Positions 19,170 to 29,786 of a DNA stretch of 64,000 bases are shown here, piece by piece. This DNA is from an uncultured SAR86 cluster bacterium (lineage in GTDB: Bacteria; Pseudomonadota; Gammaproteobacteria; Magnimaribacterales; D2472). Location: assembly GCA_902591925.1 (NCBI GenBank), contig CACJCN010000004.1:92869-156868 (forward strand), given 5' to 3'. The translations under genes and the position numbers were made by a program. Each line of letters opens with the position of its first letter. Position 1 is the first letter of the stretch. The notes beneath the pieces are model-generated. The model was given only the letters and a program-made list of their open reading frames with translations. It searched no databases and was not told the origin of the DNA.

Positions 19170-19728
19170 ATCAGATAAATGGATTCAAAAAATGTCACAG
19201 GAGCATAATATGATTGATCCATTTTCGAAAAATCAAGTAAGGCTTGATGATAATGGTAATAAACTAATTTCTTATGGAGTTTCTAGTTATGGATATGACG
19301 TCAGATGCTCCAATGAATTTAAAGTTTTTACAAATATTCATTCTGCGATAGTCGATCCCAAGTCATTTGATGAAAAAAGTTTTGTGGATATTAATTCAGA
19401 TGTTTGTATTATTCCTCCAAATTCTTTTGCATTGGCTAGAACCGTTGAGTATTTTAAAATTCCCAGGAATATTCTTACTGTATGTTTAGGAAAATCAACA
19501 TATGCAAGATGCGGAATTATTGTAAACGTAACTCCGCTTGAACCTGAATGGGAGGGTCATGTTACTCTTGAGTTCTCAAATACAACGAATCTCCCTGCAA
19601 AAATTTATGCCGGAGAGGGAGTTGCTCAAATGCTGTTTTTTGAATCAGATGAAGAGTGTGAGATAAGTTATAAAGATCGTGATGGAAAATATCAAGGACA
19701 AACTGGCGTTACTTTACCCAAGACTTAA
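19159..19728 (+). CDS. dcd: dCTP deaminase
   Basis: [37 protein letters not shown]. Confidence 0.96.
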   Translation: MSIKSDKWIQKMSQEHNMIDPFSKNQVRLDDNGNKLISYGVSSYGYDVRCSNEFKVFTNIHSAIVDPKSFDEKSFVDINSDVCIIPPNSFALARTVEYFKIPRNILTVCLGKSTYARCGIIVNVTPLEPEWEGHVTLEFSNTTNLPAKIYAGEGVAQMLFFESDEECEISYKDRDGKYQGQTGVTLPKT

Positions 19729-20400
19729 AACCTCTAAAAGCGTTAACGTATTCGTTGTTTCAGGACTCGCATCAATTATTTTAATGAACATGTGTTCGAG
19801 CTCTTCAGCAAGATAATAGGTTACTTTTCTATCACTATTTGATCTTGTTCTTTCAAGTATTACGCATTGTAATGTTTGTCCATTAAACATACATTCTTCA
19901 AGTCCAACAACATTAAATTCGTAAGATTTCGATCCTCCTTCTTCCATATCTACAATATTAATTTTGAAACTTTTTAGACCCTGTTTTACCTTTGTTCTTA
20001 TCATGATTTGAACATTTAAAGGATCATATACTAATTTATCCTTCAAAGATGCAACCCACTTGTTAATACCTTCAGAGCGAACCTCCATAGTCTCGTAATC
20101 AAAATTTAAGTATTGATCTCTATCAAGAAATTTTGGTCTGATTTTTATTTCGTATGAATCTGAAATAACTTCGTTATTTTTAATGCCAAATTTTGATAAA
20201 AAAAATAAATTTGCAAATAGATTTGACGCCTTAAATTTCATCTCATGACCATTTTCAGTTTTATAAAATTCTCTTACTCCAGAAATTGATATTTCTTCTG
20301 ATTTAAAGCTATATTTTGCCGAATAAGCAGGTATTTCAGACGAAATGGCATACGTTGATATAAAAATCGCCAAAAGAAAATGCATTAGATTAGATTTCAT
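19714..20400 (-). CDS. Exported protein, DUF3108-like
   Basis: Signal peptide, beta-rich, position after purN typical of this family. Confidence 0.55.
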   Translation of the reverse strand: MKSNLMHFLLAIFISTYAISSEIPAYSAKYSFKSEEISISGVREFYKTENGHEMKFKASNLFANLFFLSKFGIKNNEVISDSYEIKIRPKFLDRDQYLNFDYETMEVRSEGINKWVASLKDKLVYDPLNVQIMIRTKVKQGLKSFKINIVDMEEGGSKSYEFNVVGLEECMFNGQTLQCVILERTRSNSDRKVTYYLAEELEHMFIKIIDASPETTNTLTLLEVLSLG

Positions 20401-21040
20401 AACTTTTTTTAATTAGCTTGTGATTGTGTAAATTAATATTTCGATATTTGACCTCGTTATTATCTAGATAAATATTTTCATTGCAAATCTCATTTATAAT
20501 TTCTGGTAGTAACAAGTGTTCTATTTTATGAATACGTTTAATCATATTCTCCAAAGTTTCATTTTTATTTATATCAATTAATCCCTGAGCAATTAATGGA
20601 CCAGCATCTAATTCAGCTGAAACATAATGTATCGAAATGCCATGACGAGGATCTTTATTTTCAAGAACTTTTTCATGAGTATTTAATCCTGGATATTTGG
20701 GAAGAAGAGAAGGGTGAAGATTAATCATTTTATTGGAAAATTTAGTTGTAATTTTAGGACCAAGTACTCTCATGAAGCCTGCCAAAACAATTAAATCTGG
20801 ATTGAGCATATCTAAAAAATCTTCTAACGAATTTTCAAAATCAATTCTAGATGAAAACTTTTTATGATTAATAATTTTTGATGCAATATTGTAATTTGAT
20901 GCCCTAGTAAGCCCGTAAGCATCAGGATTGTTAGATATTACATGAATAATTTTTCCATTAATCTTTTTCGCATCGCATGATTCTATAATTGCTTCTAAAT
21001 TAGAGCCACTACCTGATATCAAGACTACAATTTTTTTCAT
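20390..21040 (-). CDS. purN: Phosphoribosylglycinamide formyltransferase
   Basis: ISGSGSNL, LAGFMRVL, NLHPSLLP, ELDAGP. Confidence 0.96.
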   Translation of the reverse strand: MKKIVVLISGSGSNLEAIIESCDAKKINGKIIHVISNNPDAYGLTRASNYNIASKIINHKKFSSRIDFENSLEDFLDMLNPDLIVLAGFMRVLGPKITTKFSNKMINLHPSLLPKYPGLNTHEKVLENKDPRHGISIHYVSAELDAGPLIAQGLIDINKNETLENMIKRIHKIEHLLLPEIINEICNENIYLDNNEVKYRNINLHNHKLIKKSYEI

Positions 21041-21049
21041 TTTTATTAT

Positions 21050-22081
21050 TTAGACAAATATTACAGAAGATTTTTCCTTTTTATTTTTGACTGTTCCAAT
21101 GACAAAACTATTCATTTCTAATTCTTTTATTCTTTTAGAGATATCTAATACATCATCTTTATCAACAAAAAGCACCATGCCTATTCCACAATTAAATATT
21201 CTATACATATCACTATCAGATATGTTTCCATTTTCTTTTAACCATTTAAAAATATCTGGCATTTCCCATGAACTGGTATCAATTTCTAAGCAAAGGTCAT
21301 TTGTTATTGATCTTGGTAGATTTTCTGTAAGACCACCTCCAGTTATATGCGATAGTGCATTTATCTTACAATTTGAAATTAATTCCATAATTAACTTGGG
21401 ATAAAGTAAAGTTGGCTGAAGACATTTTTTAGCTATTTTATTTTTTTCATCTTCAGTTAACTTGGATTCTTTAATGATCTTTCTTATTAGAGAGAATCCA
21501 TTTGAATGTGGACCGCTTGACTCAATGCCTATCAATACATTATCACACATGACATTATCATTTTTAATTATCTTATCCTTGCTGACACATCCAACCGAAA
21601 ATCCTGCAAGATCAAAATTATTATCAATATAATGACCAGGCATCTCAGCAGTTTCACCGCCTAAAAGAGCACAATCAGATTTTATGCATGCATCTGCAAT
21701 ACTTTTTACAACAGTAGTTGCCTCATTAACATTGAGCTTAGATGAAGCATAATAATCTAGAAAAAAAAGGGGCTTTGCTCCACATACAATTAAATCATTT
21801 ACACACATTGCCACAAGATCTTGACCAATGCCAGAAAGGTCATTGAACTCTTGAGCAAGCGAAACTTTGGTTCCAACTCCATCTGTACATGCAACTAAAA
21901 CTGGATTATCAATTTCTTTATCAAGCTCATACATACCTGCAAAGCCTCCGATATTATTTAAAACATTTTGATTATGAGATGCGGCGACACTTTTTTTAAT
22001 TTTATCAATAAGATTGTTACCAGCATCGATATCAACACCAGCTAATTTGTATGGATCATTTTCTATAATTTCTTTTGTCAT
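21050..22081 (-). CDS. purM: AIR synthetase
   Basis: AGVDIDAG, TDGVGTK, GGETAEMPG, HITGGGL, FNCGIG. Confidence 0.97.
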   Translation of the reverse strand: MTKEIIENDPYKLAGVDIDAGNNLIDKIKKSVAASHNQNVLNNIGGFAGMYELDKEIDNPVLVACTDGVGTKVSLAQEFNDLSGIGQDLVAMCVNDLIVCGAKPLFFLDYYASSKLNVNEATTVVKSIADACIKSDCALLGGETAEMPGHYIDNNFDLAGFSVGCVSKDKIIKNDNVMCDNVLIGIESSGPHSNGFSLIRKIIKESKLTEDEKNKIAKKCLQPTLLYPKLIMELISNCKINALSHITGGGLTENLPRSITNDLCLEIDTSSWEMPDIFKWLKENGNISDSDMYRIFNCGIGMVLFVDKDDVLDISKRIKELEMNSFVIGTVKNKKEKSSVIFV

Positions 22082-22108
22082 TTAGAATACCTTCATACAA
22101 TAAAAAAT

Positions 22109-23128
22109 ATGAAATTTGTAAAATATACTTCAGTATGCCTTATTATCTTTTCTAATATATGCTTTGGAAAGGAGTTTGATAAACTTTTTACAGTTTTCGA
22201 GCCAATTAATAGTTCATCACAAATTGAGAAATCAATAAATAATTCATTCAATACTATGATTTACAGATTAAGTGGTAGTGAGTCACCTTCAAATATATGG
22301 AGAATCATAAATGCTGGTAATGCGCGTAAAAATTTTATTAAAAGCTACTCTGTTAAAAATATTAATAACGAAAGTTATTTAGAAGTAATTTTTAACAAAG
22401 ATTTACTGATTGAAGTTTTTAACGAGCTTTCTATTCCAGTAATTAGCAATTCAAGGCCTGTTATGCTGTTTTTAATTGAAATTGATTCAGGTACTGGCGA
22501 ACCATATTATTTAACAAATTCACAAAATAATTCTGAACTAGATGATTTATTAAAAAACTATTTGAAAAAAGAGTCCTCTTCAAGAGGAATTTTTCTTGAA
22601 CTCCCTGAGCTCGATTTAGTTGAAGTTAATCAGTTACTGAACTATAAGAGGCTTATTGATCTTGAAGATATTATTTACGAAAAATATATTTTTGATGAAT
22701 TAATAAAAATCAAAATATCAAAAATAGGTATTGATCAATGGTCAATCGATGGCGACATTAATATAAATATAGATGACAAAGATTTTGTAAAAAATTTTAT
22801 TGATAAGTTTAAAAAGCATACTAATTTCAGAATAAACAAAATTCTTGAAAAAAACCAAATCTTTACATCAAAAAAAGAAATAATTAATATTTCTGTATCC
22901 AATATTAAATCTTTTCAAGATTATAAAAACTCACGAAAGCTCATTGAGAATCTCGTTGGATTAAGGAACATAGATATAAACAGATTTGAAATAGATACTG
23001 TTTTTTACAAACTAGGCATCTATGGTGACTTTGATTCAATTGTAAAAGAAATTTCTGAAAGTAATTTTCTTGAGATTAATAGTCAATACAAAGATAGCTC
23101 TGAGATAAATATTAGTTTTGTTAGATGA
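22109..23128 (+). CDS. Exported protein, DUF2066-like
   Basis: Signal peptide, RLSG, RP.ML and RGI..LP..D patterns; conserved position between purM and hda. Confidence 0.6.
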   Translation: MKFVKYTSVCLIIFSNICFGKEFDKLFTVFEPINSSSQIEKSINNSFNTMIYRLSGSESPSNIWRIINAGNARKNFIKSYSVKNINNESYLEVIFNKDLLIEVFNELSIPVISNSRPVMLFLIEIDSGTGEPYYLTNSQNNSELDDLLKNYLKKESSSRGIFLELPELDLVEVNQLLNYKRLIDLEDIIYEKYIFDELIKIKISKIGIDQWSIDGDININIDDKDFVKNFIDKFKKHTNFRINKILEKNQIFTSKKEIINISVSNIKSFQDYKNSRKLIENLVGLRNIDINRFEIDTVFYKLGIYGDFDSIVKEISESNFLEINSQYKDSSEINISFVR

Positions 23129-23676
23129 AAAAGTTTTTTATATTTATTCCTAACTTACTAACTATAGTTAGAATAGCTTTGGTTTATCCAATCTTAAATA
23201 ATATTTATTTAGGAAATTTTGAAATTAGTATTATTTATTTTGTTGTCGCCTCAGTTACTGATGGTTTGGACGGATTTATTGCTAGAAAAATGAATTGGCA
23301 AACTGAGCTTGGAACTCTTTTAGATCCAGTTGCAGACAAAATTCTTCTATCTGGATCTATCTTTATTTTATGGCTTAATCAATATATTCCATTTTATATC
23401 TTTGTTATTTTTTTTAGCAGAGATGTTGCCATTCTTTTAGGAGCTGCCATAAGAATGACAGTTATTGAATCTGATACACCAACACCAAATTTTCTCGGGA
23501 AGTTAACTACCACTTTGCAAATAATCTATATTGCTATTATTTTCCTTAAAGAAATTATTGAGTTAAATCTTGGATTGTTTCCTCTTGATATATTAATAAT
23601 TCTTGTAACTATATTGAGTTTAGCTGTATACGCATATAATTGGGTTCGAGATCTTAGGACTTATCATAATGAATAA
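23125..23676 (+). CDS. CDP-alcohol phosphatidyltransferase
   Basis: PNLLT..R and DGLDGFIAR...G..LDPVADK signature. Confidence 0.9.
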   Translation: MKKFFIFIPNLLTIVRIALVYPILNNIYLGNFEISIIYFVVASVTDGLDGFIARKMNWQTELGTLLDPVADKILLSGSIFILWLNQYIPFYIFVIFFSRDVAILLGAAIRMTVIESDTPTPNFLGKLTTTLQIIYIAIIFLKEIIELNLGLFPLDILIILVTILSLAVYAYNWVRDLRTYHNE

Positions 23677-24346
23677 GCCGCAACAATTAACATTTCCATG
23701 GAGTAAACAAAATAAATTCACATTTGATGATTTTTTCTTTGATTCACCTAATGAAGAAGTTAAATTAGCTTTGAAAAATAATGAGGATGTTTTTTTGTAT
23801 GGAGCTGAAGGCTCTGGAAAGTCATTCTTACTTCAATCTACATGTAATTATTATGCATCTGATAATAAATCTTCGGTTTATATACCAATTTCTGAAGCAA
23901 TGAAGCATGGAACTGATTTTATAGATTCATTGGAGGGACTGGATCTTATATGTCTTGATAATATCGATTTAATTGCATCAAATAAAGATTGGGAAGTTGG
24001 AATTTTTAATCTAATAAATGACTGTTTTTCATCAAATTGTCGACTAATTTTTTCTTCATGCAAAAATCCATCATCAATTAATTTTGATTTAGACGACTTA
24101 AGATCACGAATAAAAAAAATTGACCATATTGAACTTTATCCAATTAGTGATGCAAACTTGCCAGAAGCAATAAAATTTATTTCTCAAATCAGATCAATTA
24201 ATTTGGGAGATAAAGAAATTAATTATCTTGTTACATATTCAAAAAGAAATATGTCAGATCTCATTGAAGCTATTAGTAAACTAGATCAGCTTTCGATGGA
24301 GTTAAAAAGAAAAATAACAGTACCGTTAATAAAAGAAATTATTTAG
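23669..24346 (+). CDS. hda: DnaA regulatory inactivator Hda
   Basis: N-terminal clamp-binding QLTF, GAEGSGKS, DLRSR, RKITVPLIK. Confidence 0.88.
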   Translation: MNKPQQLTFPWSKQNKFTFDDFFFDSPNEEVKLALKNNEDVFLYGAEGSGKSFLLQSTCNYYASDNKSSVYIPISEAMKHGTDFIDSLEGLDLICLDNIDLIASNKDWEVGIFNLINDCFSSNCRLIFSSCKNPSSINFDLDDLRSRIKKIDHIELYPISDANLPEAIKFISQIRSINLGDKEINYLVTYSKRNMSDLIEAISKLDQLSMELKRKITVPLIKEII

Positions 24347-26177
24347 TATTAAAATATTCACACTCAAAACAATATATTGCAGTATTAATTTTCTTATCAG
24401 GATTTATAAATTTGTATTGAGAATTAACAATTCTAGAAAAAACTCTTGCCTCATTGCTTAGTTTTAATTTCCCACCAAAATTATCAATTAGTTCACTTAA
24501 AAATATCTCAAAGGGATCCATTTCTTTTGAGTATGTGACAATTTTATAATCATCAAGATCTGCAAAAGAAGCCGCTGATTTTATAGCGTCATCAAGATCA
24601 CCAATTTTATCTACTAATCCTAATTTTAATGCTTTTTCACCAGACCAAATTCTTCCCCCAGCTATTGATAGTACTTCTCTATATGACATACCTCTATTAT
24701 CAGAAACCTTTGAAACAAATTTATCATATGTATTATCAACACTAGCTTGGATGCTTTGAGTAACATATTCTGGCATTGGCAATCTTTCATCCCATTCTCC
24801 TGCCTTTGTTGATGAAACTCCATCAACTTGAATGCCTGCCCACTCATAAATACCGTCTAGAGTAGGAATTATTCCATAAACACCAATTGATCCAGTTATT
24901 GTTTCTTCTTTTGCCAATATTTCATCAGATACGGTTGTTACCCATACTCCACCAGAAGCTGCAATATCTCCCATTGAAGTAACTATTGGTCTGCCAGATG
25001 ATTTAAATTCACTTAAGGCATTCGTTATTAATTCACTAGCCCAAACATCACCACCTGGACTATTTACTCTTAACACCAAAGCTTTAACAGAGTCATCTTT
25101 TATGGCATTTCTAATATTTTTTACAATCGTGTCAGAACCAGCAACATTATATGCTGCTTCTCCAGTAACAATAGTGCCTTCAACATTAACAATTGCGATT
25201 TTATTTTGTGAATCCGATTCAACATCTTCTATAGTTGATAAATATTTGTATATTGAGATTGAATCAGGAAATTTATTTTTATCATTTTCTTCGTTAGGAA
25301 ATTTCTCGAACATCCATTGTCTAAGTTCTTCTCTAGTAACAACCATATCTACTAAATCAAGTTCAAGAGCAATTTCAGCAGTTTCAGGATTTTCTATAGT
25401 CATCTCCCAAAGTGTGTCACCATATTTTTGCATAGTGCCTATTGGCAAGTCTCTACCAGATTCCATCATACTAGTCATTTTTAACCACAAAGGATTAGCA
25501 AAATCATTCCATGCTAACTTATCTTCATCTGACATAGAATTTCTTGTAAAGGGTTCTGGGCCGCTTTTAAAGTCGCCTGCAACAAAAATATTGAAGTTAA
25601 GATTTATATTTTCATAGAGATCTTTGTAAAATTCTCTTTTCCTAGAGAAACCTACAGCGTTAACCATGCCATACTCATTAATCATAACTTTACTAGCCTG
25701 AGAACTTATTAAATATGAAGTATTTCCATAAGTTTCTGCATAAGCTATTACTTCTTTTCCACTATCTCTAATATTTTTAACAGCATTAGCAATTTCGAAT
25801 GCAGATGAATAGTACATACCTAATTCTGATACATTTAGATATACAGCTGAAAGATTTTCATCTTTAGCAGCTGAATTTAAAACTTTTATGAGATCGCCTA
25901 GTTCATGCTGTTTGACAGTTGTACCACCTATAACCAGAGCATCAAATGATGGAGTTGAGTCGATAGATGAATCAACGACAACGCCAATTGGTTTAAACCA
26001 TAAAATTTTTCCATCAGTCTCAATTTTTTCTTCGCTAGTAAAAAATGAACTAATACCACCAATTATTGTAAAAGTTATAACTATAAGAACAATTACAGTA
26101 AATGTATTGACAATTAGTTTTCTTGATAAAGATAAAAATTTATCCGCTTTTGACCATACCGATTGAACTTTGCTCAT
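24339..26177 (-). CDS. sppA: Signal peptide peptidase SppA (long form)
   Basis: GDFKSGPEPF, LRVNSPGG, SMGDIAASGG, TGSIGV, GGRIWSG. Confidence 0.93.
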   Translation of the reverse strand: MSKVQSVWSKADKFLSLSRKLIVNTFTVIVLIVITFTIIGGISSFFTSEEKIETDGKILWFKPIGVVVDSSIDSTPSFDALVIGGTTVKQHELGDLIKVLNSAAKDENLSAVYLNVSELGMYYSSAFEIANAVKNIRDSGKEVIAYAETYGNTSYLISSQASKVMINEYGMVNAVGFSRKREFYKDLYENINLNFNIFVAGDFKSGPEPFTRNSMSDEDKLAWNDFANPLWLKMTSMMESGRDLPIGTMQKYGDTLWEMTIENPETAEIALELDLVDMVVTREELRQWMFEKFPNEENDKNKFPDSISIYKYLSTIEDVESDSQNKIAIVNVEGTIVTGEAAYNVAGSDTIVKNIRNAIKDDSVKALVLRVNSPGGDVWASELITNALSEFKSSGRPIVTSMGDIAASGGVWVTTVSDEILAKEETITGSIGVYGIIPTLDGIYEWAGIQVDGVSSTKAGEWDERLPMPEYVTQSIQASVDNTYDKFVSKVSDNRGMSYREVLSIAGGRIWSGEKALKLGLVDKIGDLDDAIKSAASFADLDDYKIVTYSKEMDPFEIFLSELIDNFGGKLKLSNEARVFSRIVNSQYKFINPDKKINTAIYCFECEYFNTK

Positions 26178-26236
26178 TTATTACTCCAAAAAAAGATTAT
26201 GATGATATGACATATATAGGACTAAGTAAACGCATT

Positions 26237-26569
26237 TTAGTTCATATTATTTATAATTCTTGGTCCATACATGGTGCTAATAAATAATGAGCATATAAGA
26301 AATAATTCAAAAATATCTAACCAGTATGCGGCTGTTCCAAAAACTCTCAATGAGCACGATAGAAAGTATATGATCAACAAAAAACAAAACCATTGATAGG
26401 CTTTAATTATTAATTTATTTATAAAGATGTAAAAAATTAATATAGGTAGTGCCCAAAAGATGTACATAAATATATCAATTCTTTGTTGAATAACATTGAA
26501 AAATTTTGAAATAAACAAACATATAAAGATTAAATTTAACAGGAGTTTGTAATTAGAAATACTAATCAT
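26237..26569 (-). CDS. Membrane protein, DUF2069-like
   Basis: Hydrophobic, KAYQWFCF...YF; directly downstream of wrbA. Confidence 0.6.
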   Translation of the reverse strand: MISISNYKLLLNLIFICLFISKFFNVIQQRIDIFMYIFWALPILIFYIFINKLIIKAYQWFCFLLIIYFLSCSLRVFGTAAYWLDIFELFLICSLFISTMYGPRIINNMN

Positions 26570-27158
26570 TAATTTTCATTACTAATTTGCCAAGCCTTGA
26601 TCCGGTTTTTTTTGCAATTTCATATTCATCTTTTGTTAAATCACTTGAGGAATTAAAATTTTCAACATGAGAGGGGCCGTATGGTGTTCCGCCTGACTTT
26701 GTTTTATTTAGTTCATCAATAGAATAGGGCGTTCCAGCTACAACCATTCCATGATGTAACATGAAAGTTATCAAACTAAAAAGAGTTGTTTCTTGACCAC
26801 CGTGCATAGAGCTTGTAGATGTAAATGCTATGCCTGGTTTATTTTCTAATGCATTTGTAGCCCACAAATCACCTGTTGAGTCCAAAAAATACTTTAAAGG
26901 AGATGAAATTGAACCAAACCTTGTTGGAGAACCCAAAGCAAGACCGCTACAATTAATTAAGTCATCCTTAGTACAGTAGATTTCACCAGATTCTGGAATA
27001 ACGTCTTCAATTTGTTCAACGTTTGATGATATTTTTGGAACTGTTCTCAGGCGAACATCTAAACCAACATCCTCAATACCATCCGCAATAGCATGTGCTA
27101 AATTTTTAACTGATCCAGATGCAGAATAAAATAATACTAATAAAAAATTATTTTCCAT
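26562..27158 (-). CDS. wrbA: NAD(P)H:quinone oxidoreductase WrbA
   Basis: GSPTRFG, SSMHGGQETT, GGTPYGPSH; start set at MENNF (27158). Confidence 0.92.
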   Translation of the reverse strand: MENNFLLVLFYSASGSVKNLAHAIADGIEDVGLDVRLRTVPKISSNVEQIEDVIPESGEIYCTKDDLINCSGLALGSPTRFGSISSPLKYFLDSTGDLWATNALENKPGIAFTSTSSMHGGQETTLFSLITFMLHHGMVVAGTPYSIDELNKTKSGGTPYGPSHVENFNSSSDLTKDEYEIAKKTGSRLGKLVMKIND

Positions 27159-27194
27159 GTTTACATTTAAAGTTTTAATTATATTATGTACGCG

Positions 27195-27647
27195 ATGAAG
27201 TCTAAAATTATACAACTTTTCTGTTTGTTGCTTCTCTTTGCATGTCAAAAAAATGATATTGAAGTATTTAATGGATCAAATACTAATCTTACCAAGCTTG
27301 AAGGTAGCTGGGTTGTTATTAATTATTGGGCTGACTGGTGTGCGCCTTGCATAAAAGAAATTCCAGAACTTAATGAGTTTGCGCATGAAAATAAAGATAT
27401 ATTTGTATTCACCTTTAACTTTGATCATCTCGATCAAGAAGATTTAGCACCAATTGCAAAAAAATTTAATATAGAAGTTCCCTCTTTGGTGACTCACCCT
27501 AGAGATATTTGGGGTATTCAAACACCTCCAGCAGTTCCAGCTACTTTTTTCATAAATCCTAATGGCGAATTATCGCTTTCATTATTTAGACCACAAACAA
27601 AAGATGCGCTTAATGACGTCTTATTAGATCTAAAGCAGGCTTTCTAA
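27195..27647 (+). CDS. TlpA-family disulfide reductase lipoprotein
   Basis: Lipobox LFAC, INYWADWCAPCIKEIP, VPATFFINP. Confidence 0.88.
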   Translation: MKSKIIQLFCLLLLFACQKNDIEVFNGSNTNLTKLEGSWVVINYWADWCAPCIKEIPELNEFAHENKDIFVFTFNFDHLDQEDLAPIAKKFNIEVPSLVTHPRDIWGIQTPPAVPATFFINPNGELSLSLFRPQTKDALNDVLLDLKQAF

Positions 27648-28415
27648 AAAGTTATCCTGAATAATTGACTCTGGATTGATTCTCACCTTATTCAAATACA
27701 CTGTCCAATGTAAATGAGGTCCTGTAACTCTTCCAGTTGATCCAACTTCACCAATTTTTTGACCTTTTTCAACTAATTCATTTTCATCAACAAGGACTGA
27801 CGATAAATGACTGTATGAACTTATTAGACCAAATCCATGGTCTATTATTATGTAATTTCCTGCATAGAAGAAATCACCAACTAAAATTACTTTACCTTTT
27901 GAAGGAGATACTATTTTTGTTCCCTCAGCTGCAGCAATATCCAAAGACAGGTGAGGGGATCTAGGTTGATCATTGATGTATCTCTTTTTACCATATCTGC
28001 TTGAGATAATACCCTCAACAGGATTTATAAAATTTAAATCAGGAACTAAAAATTTTGAATAGTTATTGAGTGCTTTCTGTATAATTTTATATTCTTTAAA
28101 AGCCCTATCAGAATCTTTTTTACTTAGATTGACCATAGAATTGTTTTCAATAGTAATTCTAGATTCACCAAAATCTTTTTGATTAATATTTATTTTTTCA
28201 CCATCTACATATATTGAGTCATTTTGTTTTTCAAATGGAAGTGGTATCAATTTATAAAGAGATTTATTAATTTCGACTGTTAAATATTTATCAAGATCAT
28301 TACCTGAAGCTTTTATAGCAATTATTTCGCCAGGATCACCAAATTTGTCCGCATTAATAAAAAAAGAAATAAAACATACATAACAAAGAGAAAAATTTTT
28401 GAACTTATTTCTCAT
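27630..28415 (-). CDS. M23-family metallopeptidase
   Basis: HLSLD, YSHL, STGRVTGPHLHW. Confidence 0.9.
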   Translation of the reverse strand: MRNKFKNFSLCYVCFISFFINADKFGDPGEIIAIKASGNDLDKYLTVEINKSLYKLIPLPFEKQNDSIYVDGEKININQKDFGESRITIENNSMVNLSKKDSDRAFKEYKIIQKALNNYSKFLVPDLNFINPVEGIISSRYGKKRYINDQPRSPHLSLDIAAAEGTKIVSPSKGKVILVGDFFYAGNYIIIDHGFGLISSYSHLSSVLVDENELVEKGQKIGEVGSTGRVTGPHLHWTVYLNKVRINPESIIQDNFLESLL

Positions 28416-29769
28416 TTTTTATTACTTCAACATCAATTGAGCCTTTATTTAATCTAGTTTTTAAAATCTCTCCTTTGCTGACATCTGAAAAAGACTTTAT
28501 TGCTTCTCCTTTCTTATTAGTAACGATCGCATATCCTCTATCTAATATTGATAGTGGGCTAAGTATTTCTATATTTTTTAGCAATTTATCAACTACATTT
28601 TTATTTAGCGTTATCTTTTCATTGATATTTCTATGAAGTATTTCGTTAACTTGTATTAATTTATTTTTAATAAGATCTAATTTTCTGATTGGATTGTTAA
28701 AACTAATCTGAGAATCAATTTTTTCAATTTGATTCTTTTTATCATTAATGATTAATTTTTGTTGTTTTTGTATTCTTAGATCTAGATTATCTAAATATTG
28801 ATTTTTCTCTCTTAACAGCGACAAAGGATCTTTTAACCTTGATCGATTAAAATCTAGATTTCGTTTTAAGTCTTCAATAAAAGTTCTTATATTTTTGTTT
28901 ATTTTTGATTTAAATTCGTCTAACTTCTCTAAAAGTTTAAAATTAAATTCAGTTACAAGCTCTGCTGATGCTGTGGGAGTAGGAACTCGTATATCGCAAA
29001 CAAAGTCACAAATAGTAAAATCAATTTCATGGCCAACTCCAGATATGGTTGGAATTGGATATGAAAAAATTTCTCTTGCTAAATCTTCATTATTGAAGCA
29101 CCAAAGATCTTCTATTGAACCTCCTCCTCTAGCAAGAATGACTACATCAATTTTATTATTAGGATTTTTCTCGTTGTGCAAAACTATTCTATTAAGTGCA
29201 TTGATGATACTGACGTGGGCATTGTCGCCTTGAACTAAAGCATTACTTAATGAAATTTTAGAGTTTGGTGCTCTTCTTTTAACAGTTGAAATAATATCTT
29301 GAAATGCAGCAGTCGATGATGAGGTTACAATCCCAATATGCTTAGGAGATTGAGGTATATCTTCTTTATTTTCTAAACTAAATAATCCCTCGTTTTCTAA
29401 TTTATTCTTTAGTTTTTCAAATTGTTGCATTAGATTTCCTGCACCTGCAGGCTCAATAGTTTTTACTATTAACTGATAGTCACCTCGCGGAGCATAAATA
29501 CTTACTTGACCCTTGAGCACACACTGATCTCCATTTTCAGGTGAAAAATTTAATTTCATGTTTTGATTTTTGAACATTGCACATCTTATTGCTCCTTCCT
29601 CATCTTTTAATGTGAAGTAGATATGCCCTGAACTAGGTCTTGAAAGGTTTGATATTTCCCCAACAACAGATACATTGTTGAAGTTATTTTCTAATAAATA
29701 TTTTGCAGACTTATTTAATTCGCCTACTGAGATAATTTCATCATTCTGCACTACAATGTTACTAGTCAT
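28405..29769 (-). CDS. xseA: Exodeoxyribonuclease VII large subunit
   Basis: GEISN..SGHIYFTLKD, RGGGSIEDLW.FN, GVGHEID, PTPTA.AE. Confidence 0.96.
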   Translation of the reverse strand: MTSNIVVQNDEIISVGELNKSAKYLLENNFNNVSVVGEISNLSRPSSGHIYFTLKDEEGAIRCAMFKNQNMKLNFSPENGDQCVLKGQVSIYAPRGDYQLIVKTIEPAGAGNLMQQFEKLKNKLENEGLFSLENKEDIPQSPKHIGIVTSSSTAAFQDIISTVKRRAPNSKISLSNALVQGDNAHVSIINALNRIVLHNEKNPNNKIDVVILARGGGSIEDLWCFNNEDLAREIFSYPIPTISGVGHEIDFTICDFVCDIRVPTPTASAELVTEFNFKLLEKLDEFKSKINKNIRTFIEDLKRNLDFNRSRLKDPLSLLREKNQYLDNLDLRIQKQQKLIINDKKNQIEKIDSQISFNNPIRKLDLIKNKLIQVNEILHRNINEKITLNKNVVDKLLKNIEILSPLSILDRGYAIVTNKKGEAIKSFSDVSKGEILKTRLNKGSIDVEVIKNEK

Positions 29770-29786
29770 ATTGAAAGTATAACTTT
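29770..29786. promoter_or_regulatory. Candidate bidirectional promoter for xseA and the DMT gene
   Basis: TATACT on minus and TG-a-AAGTAT on plus overlap, each ending 6 nt before an ATG. Confidence 0.55.
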
